Source: an uncultured delta proteobacterium (GTDB lineage: Bacteria > Myxococcota_A > Polyangia > Fen-1088). Taken from it: a DNA stretch of 64,000 bases. This document shows positions 39,619 to 53,048 of the stretch, piece after piece (positions within the stretch are counted from its first letter, which is position 1; every line of letters starts with the position of its first letter). Under the pieces are notes generated by a model, which saw only the letters and a list, made by a program, of their open reading frames with translations, did not search any database and was not told where the DNA came from. The stretch is taken from assembly GCA_963767925.1 (NCBI GenBank), contig CAVYGB010000008.1:1-64000 (forward strand), written 5' to 3'. Position numbers and translations under genes: made by a program.

Positions 39619-40182
39619 ATGGCTCTCGCTGCCACTGTCTACCATCTCCAGATCGAGCTCTCGGACGTCGACCGCGGGGTGTACCAGTCTCTCGACCTCC
39701 GGCTGGGCCGCCACCCCTCCGAGTCGATGGCGTATCTGTTGACCCGGGTGCTCGCCTATTGCCTCTGCCACGAGGAGGGGATCACCTTCTCCAAGGGGGG
39801 GCTGTCGGACACAGACGAGCCGCCGGTGGCCATCCGCGATCTGCAGGGCAACCTGCGGGCCTGGATCGACGTCGGCACCCCCTCGGCGGATCGGTTGCAC
39901 CGGGCCAGCAAGGCCTGCCCGCGGGTGGTCGTATTCACCCAGCACGATCCCGGCCTGCTGCACAAGCAGGCCCGGGACAAGGCCATCCATCGGGTCGAGG
40001 CCATCGAGGTCCACGCGCTGGAGGCGGCGTTCCTCGAGGACCTCGCGGCGGTCACCGTCCGAAACGCCCGCTGGTCCCTAACCCACACCGAGGGCGTCCT
40101 CTACGTCACGGCCGGCGGGCAGAATCTGTCGAGCACGGTCACCCGGCACACGCTGGGTGGCGCGGTCGCGCCGGCGGGGTGA
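39619..40182 (+). CDS. yaeQ: YaeQ family protein
   Basis: MAL.AT.Y...LSD.DR..Y, HPSE, FSKGGLSD.DEP and WIDVG.P. Confidence 0.88.
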   Translation: MALAATVYHLQIELSDVDRGVYQSLDLRLGRHPSESMAYLLTRVLAYCLCHEEGITFSKGGLSDTDEPPVAIRDLQGNLRAWIDVGTPSADRLHRASKACPRVVVFTQHDPGLLHKQARDKAIHRVEAIEVHALEAAFLEDLAAVTVRNARWSLTHTEGVLYVTAGGQNLSSTVTRHTLGGAVAPAG

Positions 40183-40210
40183 CCCGCCGGGGCGCCCGGG
40201 AGCGCGGCTG

Positions 40211-40576
<366 letters not shown>

Positions 40577-40801
40577 CTATAGAGCGGCGGATCGCCGCGC
40601 GGGGGGCGTCACACCACAGCATGGCCGGGCGGCGGCGACTCGCGCGACCCGCCGGCCGCGCTGCGGCCTCGGCGAGCGCGGTTTTCGGCGGTCTTCACCG
40701 GCGCGTTACCTGGAATTTTCGTCCCGGCAACCTCGGATCTTTCTCGCTGTCGCGTCGCTTTCTTCGACGGCGGAGGCCGCGCGGAGATACCCTCTGCGCC
40801 C

Positions 40802-41713
40802 ATGCCCACTCAGGACCAGGGCTTTGAAAGCGACGCTCTCCGAGCCGCCTTGAAGGACGCGCTCGCCGGCCGGCCGGCGGAGCTCGAGCGCTTGCTCGTG
40901 CGGCTGGGCGCCGTGCTGAGCGGGAAGCCGAACCTCCGGCTGGCGACGGCGTTCGGCTTCGAGGTGGCGAGCCTCCCGGCCTCCGTGGTCGGGCTGCTGC
41001 GGAGGCTGGGTGGCGACGACGCCGCGCCCGACACCGATCGCGTCTTCCTCCCCATCGTGGGCGCCCACGGCTGGGCGGCGCGGGTGCGGACCGGGCGCGA
41101 CCTCGAGGAGGCCTGGGCGGCGCTCGCCGAGCTGGTCGCCGATGAGCGGACGCCGGTCCGCCTCGGCACCCGCGAGGCGCTGCTGACGCTGGCGACGCGA
41201 GAGGGGGGGGCGGACGATCTGGTGGCGCGGGCGATGACCTGGCTCGACCTCGAGCCGCGCGAGCTGCGCTTCGGGGCCCCGGCGGCGGCGCTCGACGTCC
41301 TGGCCGAGCGCGGGGTGGTGGCGGGCGTGCGCGACCAGGCGGCCTTGCTGGAGCTGCTGTCTCGATCGATCGCCGAGGTGGCCGGCGCCCCCCGCGCGGC
41401 CGAGCGCTCGAGCGCCCGGCGGCGGCTGCTGCAGGCGCTGCCCTCCGCCCTGGCGGCGGCGCTGGCCAACCCCGCCTCCGCCCAGGAGGCTCAGCGCTGG
41501 TTCCGGGAGCTCAGCCAGGACGCCGCCCACGCCGACGTGCGCGAGGTGCTGTCCAGCGCCTTGCTGCGCCTGCGCTCCCCGGCCCACAAGCTGGCAGCGC
41601 CGGCGATCGAGGATCTGCGGCGCACGCTCGAGGGCAGCGCCAAGCCCCTGCGCGATCCCTCCCGTCTGCGCCCCGGCACCGGGCGAGGCAAGGCTTCGCG
41701 GCGGATCCGCTGA
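40802..41713 (+). CDS. Hypothetical helical protein
   Basis: 303-aa ORF with host-like codon usage and GGAG upstream; no recognised motif. Confidence 0.55.
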   Translation: MPTQDQGFESDALRAALKDALAGRPAELERLLVRLGAVLSGKPNLRLATAFGFEVASLPASVVGLLRRLGGDDAAPDTDRVFLPIVGAHGWAARVRTGRDLEEAWAALAELVADERTPVRLGTREALLTLATREGGADDLVARAMTWLDLEPRELRFGAPAAALDVLAERGVVAGVRDQAALLELLSRSIAEVAGAPRAAERSSARRRLLQALPSALAAALANPASAQEAQRWFRELSQDAAHADVREVLSSALLRLRSPAHKLAAPAIEDLRRTLEGSAKPLRDPSRLRPGTGRGKASRRIR

Positions 41714-41726
41714 CCGCCGCTCGCCC

Positions 41727-42626
41727 TTGCTCCCGGGCGGCGGCTGTACCAACATGCGCGCCTTCCGGAGACGTCCGCGAAACGCGAGGAGGCTCATCTT
41801 GGTAGCAACAGGAAAAGACGCGTGGCTCGTGCTGGGGACGGCGCTGCTGTCCGCCGTCGCCCTGGTCGGCGCCGCGCGCGCCCAGGCTCCGAAGATCGGG
41901 TACGACGACACCCCGCTGCAGCCGGGCGGCCGCTGGCGGGTCCACGACGGCAAGCGACCGGCGCCCCGGATGGTGGCGCCCGGCACCACCTCGACCCCCT
42001 CCGCCCCGGGCAAGCCGCCCTCCGACGCCACCGTGCTGATCGGACCGGGGGCCGACCTCTCGCGCTGGAGCATGCTGGACGGCACGCCCGCGACCTGGCC
42101 CATGAAAGACGGGGTGCTCGAGTCGGGCAAGGGCTACCTGCGCACCAAGGAGGAGTTCTCGGACTTCCAGCTCCACGTCGAGTGGGCGGCGCCCAAGACG
42201 GTCAAGGGCGACGGCCAGGGGCGCGGCAACAGCGGCGTCTATCTGCTCGGCAAGTTCGAGGTGCAGGTACTCGACAGCTACCAGAACGCGACCTACCCCG
42301 ACGGCCAGGCGGCCGCGCTGTACGGGCAATATCCCCCGCTGGTGAACGCCTCGCGGCCTCCGGGCGAGTGGCAGGCCTACGACATCCTGTTCACCGCCCC
42401 CCGCTGGAAGGACGGCAAGGTGGAGCGGCCCGCCGTCGTCACCGTCTTGCACAACGGCGTCGTCGTCCACAACGCCACCTCCTATCACGGCCCCAGCATG
42501 CACAAGCAGATCGCCCCCTACACGCCCGAGTTGACCCGCGGCCCCATCAGCCTGCAGGACCACGGCAACCCGGTCCGCTTTCGCAACATCTGGATCCGGC
42601 CCCTCAAGAGCTACGATCAACCCTGA
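41727..42626 (+). CDS. DUF1080 (3-keto-disaccharide hydrolase-like) exported protein; true start probably downstream
   Basis: DFQLHVEW, GNSGVYL, EVQVLDS, GEWQ.YDI and LQDHG.PVRFRNIWIR. Confidence 0.85.
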   Translation: MLPGGGCTNMRAFRRRPRNARRLILVATGKDAWLVLGTALLSAVALVGAARAQAPKIGYDDTPLQPGGRWRVHDGKRPAPRMVAPGTTSTPSAPGKPPSDATVLIGPGADLSRWSMLDGTPATWPMKDGVLESGKGYLRTKEEFSDFQLHVEWAAPKTVKGDGQGRGNSGVYLLGKFEVQVLDSYQNATYPDGQAAALYGQYPPLVNASRPPGEWQAYDILFTAPRWKDGKVERPAVVTVLHNGVVVHNATSYHGPSMHKQIAPYTPELTRGPISLQDHGNPVRFRNIWIRPLKSYDQP

Positions 42627-42889
42627 CCGTCCAGAGGGCCTGACGCCGCCGGCGCCGCCGCTCCCGGAAAGGCGGCGCCGCCGGCCACCGGACGCTCGAT
42701 CGGGCCAGGCCCGGGCTCGGCCCGGGATGTGCGGCGCCGGCGCACCGGGAACCACGCGCGCCAGCTCCCCAAGTGACAGCCAGGTGAACCGGGGTGGTTT
42801 TCGTTTGACTGCCGGGTCCGGTGGGAAACAATCGAATCGTAGTTGTTGCCCCGAACCGACCAGGTGGGTGGAGATGCACGGAGGTGGGT

Positions 42890-44041
42890 ATGACCCGGAT
42901 TCTGGTGATCGACGACGACGACCTGACGGTGAACAGCTACACGCGCACCCTCAGCCGCCTCGGCTACACCGTCGAGAGCGCCAGCAACGGCCGGGCAGGG
43001 CTCGAGCGCTTCCGCGGTAACACCTTCGGCGCCATCGTCTCGGACCTCGACATGCCCGACATGGACGGGATCGCCTTCCTGCGGGAGCTGCGCCGCTTCG
43101 ACCTCGACATCCCGGTCCTCATCATCACCGGGTCGCCCTCGCTCGACACCGCCACCCGGGCGGTGGAGTACGGCGCCTTCCGCTACGTCAACAAGCCGGT
43201 GCCCGCCGAGGACCTCGGCTGGCTGGTCGAGCGGGCGGTGCGGATCCACGAGATGGCCCGCCTGCGCCGGCTGGCCCTCAACTTCATGGAGCAGTCGGGC
43301 CACGCCCTCGGCGATCGGGCCGGCCTGGAGGCGCGCTTCGAGTCGGCCATGGCCTCCACCCGCATGGCCTTCCAGCCCATCATCTCCTGGCAGCAGCGCA
43401 AGGTGATCGCCTACGAGGCCCTGCTGCGCAACCAGGAGCCCACTCTGCTGCGTCCGGACCACTTCCTCGACGCGGCCAACCGCCTGGGCCGCCTGCAGGA
43501 CCTCGGCCGCCGGGTGCGGACCTGCGTTGCCCGCGAGGTCGAGGCGGAGGCCCCGCCCGACGTGCGGATCTTCGTCAACCTGCACGCCTCGGATCTCAAC
43601 GACGACGAGCTGATGTTGCCGAGCGCCCCGCTGACCAGGCTGGCCAGCCGGGTGACCCTCGAGGTCACCGAGCGCGCCTCGCTGCATGACTCGGGCGACA
43701 TCCGCTCCCGCTTCGAGGCCCTGCGGGCCCTCGGCTACAGCCTGGCGGTCGACGATCTCGGGGCCGGCTACGCAGGCCTGTCCAGCCTGTCGCTCGTCGA
43801 TCCCGAGGTGGTCAAGCTGGACATGTCGCTGGTGCGCGACGTGGACAAACACGGCGGCAAGCAGGAGGTCATCAAGTCGATGGCCCACCTGGCCAAGGGC
43901 CTGGAGATGGAGCTCATCGTCGAGGGGGTCGAGACCGTCGCCGAGCGGGACGTCCTCGCCGGGCTGGGCTGCGACCTCATGCAGGGCTACCTGTTCGCCC
44001 GCCCCGCCTTCGGCTTCGCCGTCCCCGACCTCGAGGGCTGA
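42890..44041 (+). CDS. Response regulator with EAL c-di-GMP phosphodiesterase domain
   Basis: Receiver (IDDD, SDLDMP, KP) plus EALLR, FVNL, LEVTE, DDLGAGY, KLD, EGVE and QGY. Confidence 0.9.
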   Translation: MTRILVIDDDDLTVNSYTRTLSRLGYTVESASNGRAGLERFRGNTFGAIVSDLDMPDMDGIAFLRELRRFDLDIPVLIITGSPSLDTATRAVEYGAFRYVNKPVPAEDLGWLVERAVRIHEMARLRRLALNFMEQSGHALGDRAGLEARFESAMASTRMAFQPIISWQQRKVIAYEALLRNQEPTLLRPDHFLDAANRLGRLQDLGRRVRTCVAREVEAEAPPDVRIFVNLHASDLNDDELMLPSAPLTRLASRVTLEVTERASLHDSGDIRSRFEALRALGYSLAVDDLGAGYAGLSSLSLVDPEVVKLDMSLVRDVDKHGGKQEVIKSMAHLAKGLEMELIVEGVETVAERDVLAGLGCDLMQGYLFARPAFGFAVPDLEG

Positions 44042-44060
44042 GCGCGCGGGTCCCGCCCGC

Positions 44061-44753
44061 TCAGTGCTTGCCGTACTCCAGCTCGGTGCCGCTGCGCTGG
44101 CTGACGATGTAGGCCTCCATGGCGCGCATGCGGGGGTCGTCCGCGTCCATGGGTTTGGCCCGGACCGGGTGCTCGAGGCACCAGTTGATCATGTCCCGCA
44201 GGAGGGCCACCCGGCCGATCTGGGTCTGGAACTTGGGGTAGGTCTCGGGGTGGGTGTTGGCGGCGTTGGGGTGGCACATGTCGCAGGAGACGGCCACCGT
44301 GCTGCCGAGCTCGTCGGCGCTGTGGAAGACCTTGGAGCCGGCCACCACCAGCCGTTCGGTCTCGCGCTTCCAGGCCAGGAGGTCCTTCTCCCCGAACTGG
44401 CGGTAGGGGTGGCCGGCGGCCTGGGTCGAGCGGGCCAGCAGGTCCTTGTTGTCGGCGGCGGGCAGGAAGGTGCGGCTCTTGCGCTCCTCCGCCTCCCAGT
44501 CGATCTGGGGGTTCTTGCCCTTCCATTTGGCCATCAGGTCGTCAGCGATGGCCTGGCCGGTGGTGCGGTCGAGGGGGGCGTTGGCCGGGATGCTCGTCGT
44601 CGTGTGGTTGTCGCAGAGCTTGACCTCGGTGCGGCCGCTGCCTGCCTCGCCGACCGCGACGGCGGGGGCGGAGGAGGGGGCGGGGGGCGAGGCGGGTTGG
44701 CTGGTGGCGCAGGTGGTGGCCAGCAGCAGCGGGAACAGCTTGATGATGCGCAT
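44061..44753 (-). CDS. Monoheme c-type cytochrome lipoprotein, SoxA/TsdA-like heme domain
   Basis: Signal with LATTC; CDMCH; YPKF...GRV..L.D.INWC...A.P...D.P.M.A.EAY. Confidence 0.75.
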   Translation of the reverse strand: MRIIKLFPLLLATTCATSQPASPPAPSSAPAVAVGEAGSGRTEVKLCDNHTTTSIPANAPLDRTTGQAIADDLMAKWKGKNPQIDWEAEERKSRTFLPAADNKDLLARSTQAAGHPYRQFGEKDLLAWKRETERLVVAGSKVFHSADELGSTVAVSCDMCHPNAANTHPETYPKFQTQIGRVALLRDMINWCLEHPVRAKPMDADDPRMRAMEAYIVSQRSGTELEYGKH

Positions 44754-44763
44754 GGGGTGGTCC

Positions 44764-45893
44764 TCAGTAGCTTCCGGCGTTGGGCTTGGGCGAGGCCTGC
44801 TTGCGGCCGGCGCTCGCCAGGTAGGCGCTGGTGACGGTCATGGGGTTGCGGTTCCAGAGGTTGTAGAGCTTGTCCACCACCGCGCCGGGGTGGACCACGA
44901 TCTGGCCGTCCCCGCAGCCGTCGTTGGGGTTGAAGGGATCGGGGCGGTTCATCTGGATGGTGAGCTCGGGCAGCCCCTGGGGGGCGTAGGGCCAGGGCCA
45001 GGCGGTCGAGAGCATCCCGTGGAAGTGGATGTTGCCGATCCGGTTGGTCAGCACCTGGTGGGTGTGGCCGTGGATGACCACCACCTTGCGGAACTTCCGC
45101 AGCAGGGCCTGCACCTCGTCGGCGTCGTCGGTCCAGAAGTTCCACTGCTTGTAGAGCTTGTAGAGGGGGGAGTGGGAAAACACGATGAGGGGGGTGCTGG
45201 CGGAGACCCCGGCGAGGTCCTTCTTCAGCCAGGCCCGCTGCTCGGCCCCCACCGTGAAGGGGTTCTGCTTGCCGTTGTCCAGGCCGGCCACCGTCATCAT
45301 GCGCTCCATGGGGGTGAGCCCCCTGGCCGTCCAGAAGTCCGCCTCCACCACGCTGTTGAGCACGACGAAGTGCACCCCCTTGTGGTCGAAGGCGTAGGTG
45401 GGCTGCCCGAAGTGGTGGCGCCAGCGCTCCCCCATGTCGAGGTACCAATCGTGCTCGCCGACCATCATGCGCACGGGGGCCTTCACGCTCTTGAGAATCT
45501 CCGCCCCCAGGTCGAGCTCCTCCTTCTGCCCGAGCTGGGCCAGGTCGCCGCCGTAGAGCACGAAGTCCGGCTGGGGGTCGAGGGCGTTGACGTCCTCGAC
45601 CGCCCGGAGCAGCGCGCGCACGAAGCGGTCGTTGATCTCCTTCTTGTAGAGGTGCGAGTCGGAGATGTACGCGATGCGGAAGCCGGGGGTGGCGGCCTCG
45701 GCTCCCCGCACGTCGATCGGCATGAAGGAGTGGGGGTTGATGGTCACCCCGCTGGCCAGCGCGGCGGCGGCGGCCGCGCCGCTGGCCCGCAGGAAGTCCC
45801 GCCGCTCGAGCCGGCGCAGGCCCCGCAGGGCCTCCTCGCGCTCGGCGAGGTAGCGGCTCTCGACGCTGGGCAGGCCGTTGGGACGTCGGATCT

Positions 45894-45897
<4 letters not shown>
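44764..45897 (-). CDS. Tat-exported calcineurin-like metallophosphoesterase
   Basis: ERRDFL twin-Arg; ISDSH, GGDL, GEHD, SHSP and HGHTH; overlaps the upstream gene by 4 nt. Confidence 0.85.
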
Positions 45898-47225
<1,328 letters not shown>

Positions 47226-47241
47226 GGTAGGCCCTCCGGAA

Positions 47242-47258
47242 AGCACGGTCCGTGCCGA
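47242..47258 (-). promoter_or_regulatory. Sigma54 (-24/-12) promoter for the di-heme operon
   Basis: Minus strand TCGGCACGGACCGTGCT: GG-N10-GC with GGCACG. Confidence 0.75.
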
Positions 47259-47332
47259 TCGAAACAATTCCCGGCCAATCCAGGTAACACGTGGGTTTCA
47301 ACCTCCTGAAAACACCTGATGGTGCCGGCGTA

Positions 47333-47414
47333 ACAACGTCCGGCCGGTGCTGGCAACGATACTTCGGTGTCGAGAACGACGACCCGAACCCTTGCCACAA
47401 CGCCGGGCCGGTGC
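47333..47414. repeat. 18-bp direct repeat pair, candidate enhancer sites
   Basis: ACAACGTCCGGCCGGTGC (47333-47350) and ACAACGCCGGGCCGGTGC (47397-47414), 16/18 identical. Confidence 0.55.
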
Positions 47415-49016
<1,602 letters not shown>

Positions 49017-49353
49017 CGGTCTCCCCGCGCGAGCCAGCTCGAGACCCTTTACAGACCAACCTGCCATCGAGCGGCAAGGGCAACGGCCCGCTGTCGGAGG
49101 ACGGCCGCTCGATGACCCGCACCTTCCAGTACCTCACGGCGCTGTCGCCCGAAAAGCCGCTCTGTTACACCGGGCCCGCCAGCCGCGCTTACCTCTATAC
49201 ACCGACGAGCACCGGACCTGGGTGCCCGGCCTGATGGCCACCATCACCCCGAAGCGCTCGGCGCCCTGACCCGGGGGACCGCGCCCTGCGGGGCCCGACG
49301 GCGAGGGGACTGAATAATGCCAACGCTCCGGACGTTACCGGGTCATATAGATC

Positions 49354-50787
49354 ATGCGCGCGCGAGCCGGAGCGTTCCTGACCGTTGCTGTGATGTCGAC
49401 CACCCTCGTTCAATGCGGGGGGAACGAGGCGGGTGCGCCCGACGCGGCCTCGGAGCCGGCCGACGCCGGTGCGGGTCCCGCGGACGGGGGGACGCGGGCG
49501 GCGATCGACGGTCCGCCCGGAGACCGGTTCATGTTCGATGTGCCGCCGCCGGCCGATCCGCCCGCGCCGCCGCCCTGGCTGAGCCGCGACGTGGGCGCGG
49601 TCGGGGTGCGGGGCCGGACCAGCCTGGCGGCCGGGCTGTTCTTCGTGCGCGGCGCGGGGAACCTGGCGGGAGCCGGGGCCGCCGACGCCTTCCAGTTCCT
49701 GCAACAGACTGTCCCCGGTGACGGGGAGGTGGTGGCCCACCTGGCGGAGATCGAGGATCCCGATCCGGCGGTCCGGGCGGGCGTCATGATCCGCGGGTCG
49801 CTCGACCCCGGGGCGCCCTACTTCGCCCTCCTGCGCTCGGGGGAGGGGACGGGGTCGCTGCAGTGGCGGTCGAGCTTCGGGGCGCCGACCGAGACGAGCA
49901 CGGCGAAGCTTCCGGCGGGTCCCTGGCTCAAGCTGGTGCGCGCGGGCACCGACCTGCGCGCCTTCGTCTCCCCGGACCGGCAGGCCTGGACGGAGGTGGG
50001 CCAGCTCGCGATGCCCTTCCCGGGTCCACTCCTGCTGGGCCTCGCGGTGAGCGGACCGGCGCCCGACCGGCTGGCGACGGCGGTGTTCCACAGTGCCCGG
50101 GTCACCAACGCCCCCGCCCCCTGGATCGACAGCGACATCGGCGACGTCGCCTTCCCCGGCTCGGCCCGGATGACCGCCGATCGGGTCGAGCTGATCGGCA
50201 CCGGCAGCGACATCGGGGGGACCAGCGACCAGTTCCTCTACCTGCACCGGCCCTTCGCCGGCGACGGCGAGATCACGGCGCACGTCGTGACCTTCGCCTT
50301 CGCCGATCCGGGCTCCAAGGTGGGGCTCATGTTCCGCGCCGGTCCCGGCCCCGGCGCCCCCCACCTCTCGTTGCTGCTCACTCCGCTCGGCAACGTCCTG
50401 CTCAGGCGCCCGGCCCCGGGGGCCTCCACGCTGGGGGTGATGAGCACGCTGGGCCAGCTCCCGCAGGTCTGGCTGCGCATGACCCGGATCGGCTCCCTGG
50501 TCGACAGCTACCTCTCCCCCGACGGGGTGAGCTGGCAGCGGCTCCGCCGCGAGGACCTGGCGATGACCCCGCCCGGGGCGCCCCCCTCGCCCCCGCTGAC
50601 CAGCGTGGGCCTGGTCCTCAGCGCCCGGAGCAACGGGCGCGTCAGCGGCGCCCGGCTGGACAAGGTGGTGGTGACGACCTACCCGCCTTACCCCGTCGAC
50701 GCGGGCCCGCCGCCGCTTCCGGGGGTCGGTCTCCCGGTGCCGTCCGACGCGGGAGCGCCCGCCGACGCCGCGCCGGAGGCGCCGTGA
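49354..50787 (+). CDS. Lipoprotein with two lectin-like (DUF1349/ConA-type) beta-sandwich repeats
   Basis: Lipobox LVQC; two copies of 'D.G...G.G....D.F.FL....GDGE..A....G.M.R...WL...R.G.....S.DG..W'. Confidence 0.7.
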   Translation: MRARAGAFLTVAVMSTTLVQCGGNEAGAPDAASEPADAGAGPADGGTRAAIDGPPGDRFMFDVPPPADPPAPPPWLSRDVGAVGVRGRTSLAAGLFFVRGAGNLAGAGAADAFQFLQQTVPGDGEVVAHLAEIEDPDPAVRAGVMIRGSLDPGAPYFALLRSGEGTGSLQWRSSFGAPTETSTAKLPAGPWLKLVRAGTDLRAFVSPDRQAWTEVGQLAMPFPGPLLLGLAVSGPAPDRLATAVFHSARVTNAPAPWIDSDIGDVAFPGSARMTADRVELIGTGSDIGGTSDQFLYLHRPFAGDGEITAHVVTFAFADPGSKVGLMFRAGPGPGAPHLSLLLTPLGNVLLRRPAPGASTLGVMSTLGQLPQVWLRMTRIGSLVDSYLSPDGVSWQRLRREDLAMTPPGAPPSPPLTSVGLVLSARSNGRVSGARLDKVVVTTYPPYPVDAGPPPLPGVGLPVPSDAGAPADAAPEAP

Positions 50788-53048
50788 GGGGGCGAGCGGC
50801 GGTCCTGGCCACGGCCGGGGCGATCGCGCTGGTGGCAGGGTGCGGGGAGGAGCGCGACGGCGCGGGCGCGCTCGTGATCTCCGAGGTGATGTACCACCCG
50901 GTGCTCGAGGGGGCGACCGAGGCGCACGAGTTCGTGGAGATTCACAACCCCGGTCCCGACCCGGTCGACCTCGGCGGGTGGACCCTGCGGATCGACGGGG
51001 AAGAACGCTTCACCTTCGACGCCGGCACCGGCATCGCGGCGGGCGGCTACCGGGTTGTCGCGCGCGACCGGCAGGCGCTGGCCGGCATCGCCGCCTATCG
51101 ACTGGCGGTGGACGACCTCCTCGGCGACTACCGGGGCGACCTGGACAACGACGGCGGCGAGCTGGCGCTGGTCGACGCCGGCGGGCGGGCGGTCGACACG
51201 GTGGCCTACGACGACGGCTGGCCCTGGCCGGTCGGGGCCGACGCCCTGGGGGCGGGCGAAGGCTGGTTGCCCGCGGAGCAGCTACCGCTCGAGCGGCACC
51301 GGGCGATGGGACGTTCGCTCGAGCGCTACCGCTTCGACCTGTCGGGGCGCGAGGCGCGCAACTGGGAAGCCTCCCCGCTCGACGGGGCCACCCCCGGCCG
51401 GGCCAACACGGTCTCGGGCCCGCCACCCGTCCGGGTCCTCGCTCTGCGCGCGATCGGGCCGGCCGGTGGTGCTCCGCTGGGCGGGGCGCCGGTGGGCGTG
51501 GAGGCCACCTTGTCGGACGGCCCGCCGGCCGACCTCGCGGTCGAATTTTTCGTCGATCGCCTCGATCGGGACGACGAGGTCCGGGAGGTCGTCCCGCTGA
51601 ACGGGCAGGGGAGTGCCTTCCGGGCGACCCTCCCCGCCCTCGCCGCCGAGTCGATCGTGCGCTACCGGATCCGCGGCCGGCGCGCCGGCCCCGATCCTGC
51701 GCTGGAGACCGTCTCGCCGCGCCCCTCGGATCCGTTCCCCTGGCACGCCTACTTCGTGAGCCCCGCCGAGGACGAGCCCGGCTACCGGATCTTCATCGCC
51801 CCTGCGGCCTGGACCGCGATGTGGACGAACCTCTTCGCCTTCGGCGCGCTCAACCCGGCGCCCAACTACGGCTGCCTGGTCAACCCGACCTGGGACGAAC
51901 GGGTGCCGGCGGTGTTCGTGGCCGGCGGCCAGGTCCACGACGTCCGCGTTCGCTACCAGGGCGGCCGCTCGCAGCGGTCGGTCGGGCCCCGCATTCCGAG
52001 CTGGCCGCAGGCGGGCCCAGACCTGCCGGCGCCGCTGCGGGTCCTGAGCTGGAACGTGAGCTTTCCCCGCTACGCCCCCCTCGGCAAGCGCCGGCAGCTC
52101 GCGCTCAAGAAGAGCCATCAGGCCTGTCCGGGGGTGCTCAACGCCGCCCTCGCCGATCTGTTCTGGCAGGCCGGGATCCCCGGCGATCGTTTCGCCTTTC
52201 AGCCCCTGCGGATCAACGGCGCCGCCTACGACTACATCCTCGACGTCGATCCCCTCTCCGAGGAGGTCATGCAGCGGTTCGAGGGGGACGGCCCGGCGGG
52301 CGATCTCTTCAAGGCCGACGGCTGGTCCCGGGACGAGGGGCCCTGGGGCCCCAGCAACTTCACGCCGCTGACCGACCACTGCGGCTTTCCGGCCTGGCAG
52401 CGCTACGCCGCAAGCTACGAGCGGCAGTCCAACGGCTGGAAGGAGGGGCCGGACGACCCCGAGCTGGCCGAGATCATCCGGGCGATCGAGGGGCTGGCCG
52501 CGGCCCGCGTCCAGGGCCCGGCGGCGACGCGGGCGGCGCTCGCCGGGATCTTCGACGTCGACCAGCTCCTCACTCTGTTCGCCATGCGGAACTTCCTCGG
52601 CGCCTGGGACGACGCCTACCACAACTACCAGCTCTACAAGCGCCGGGCCGACGGCAAGTGGCTGGTGCTGCCGCTGGACTTCGATCAGGAGCTGGGCGGC
52701 GATCCCGCCGGCCCCTGGCCCACCTTCGCCCACCCGCCCGGCTCGTCGTTTTATCTCGGTGAGGCCGGGAACGGCAGCAACCGCCTGCCCCTCATCAACA
52801 GGATCAAAGACGCGGTCCTGGCGAGCTACCGGGCCGAGTTCGACGGGAGGCTGCGCGAGCTGGCGGCGGGGGTGCTCTCCGCCGACAACGTGCTGCAGGC
52901 CATCGACCGGGCCGACGCCCGCTTCAGCCGCGAGGCCTGGCTCGCGGCGCCGGCGGAGAAGTCATGCGACGTCGAGGCCCGGCTGCAGGCCGCCCGCACC
53001 TGGATCGAGCAGCGGCACCTGGTGCTGCGCTACTTCGGGCTCCGCTGA
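50784..53048 (+). CDS. Lamin-tail domain + CotH-family kinase lipoprotein
   Basis: VAGC lipobox; LVISEVMYHP...EFVEIHN (LTD); WDD..HNY.LY...KW..LP.DFD (CotH); GTGA overlap. Confidence 0.8.
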   Translation: MRGRAAVLATAGAIALVAGCGEERDGAGALVISEVMYHPVLEGATEAHEFVEIHNPGPDPVDLGGWTLRIDGEERFTFDAGTGIAAGGYRVVARDRQALAGIAAYRLAVDDLLGDYRGDLDNDGGELALVDAGGRAVDTVAYDDGWPWPVGADALGAGEGWLPAEQLPLERHRAMGRSLERYRFDLSGREARNWEASPLDGATPGRANTVSGPPPVRVLALRAIGPAGGAPLGGAPVGVEATLSDGPPADLAVEFFVDRLDRDDEVREVVPLNGQGSAFRATLPALAAESIVRYRIRGRRAGPDPALETVSPRPSDPFPWHAYFVSPAEDEPGYRIFIAPAAWTAMWTNLFAFGALNPAPNYGCLVNPTWDERVPAVFVAGGQVHDVRVRYQGGRSQRSVGPRIPSWPQAGPDLPAPLRVLSWNVSFPRYAPLGKRRQLALKKSHQACPGVLNAALADLFWQAGIPGDRFAFQPLRINGAAYDYILDVDPLSEEVMQRFEGDGPAGDLFKADGWSRDEGPWGPSNFTPLTDHCGFPAWQRYAASYERQSNGWKEGPDDPELAEIIRAIEGLAAARVQGPAATRAALAGIFDVDQLLTLFAMRNFLGAWDDAYHNYQLYKRRADGKWLVLPLDFDQELGGDPAGPWPTFAHPPGSSFYLGEAGNGSNRLPLINRIKDAVLASYRAEFDGRLRELAAGVLSADNVLQAIDRADARFSREAWLAAPAEKSCDVEARLQAARTWIEQRHLVLRYFGLR

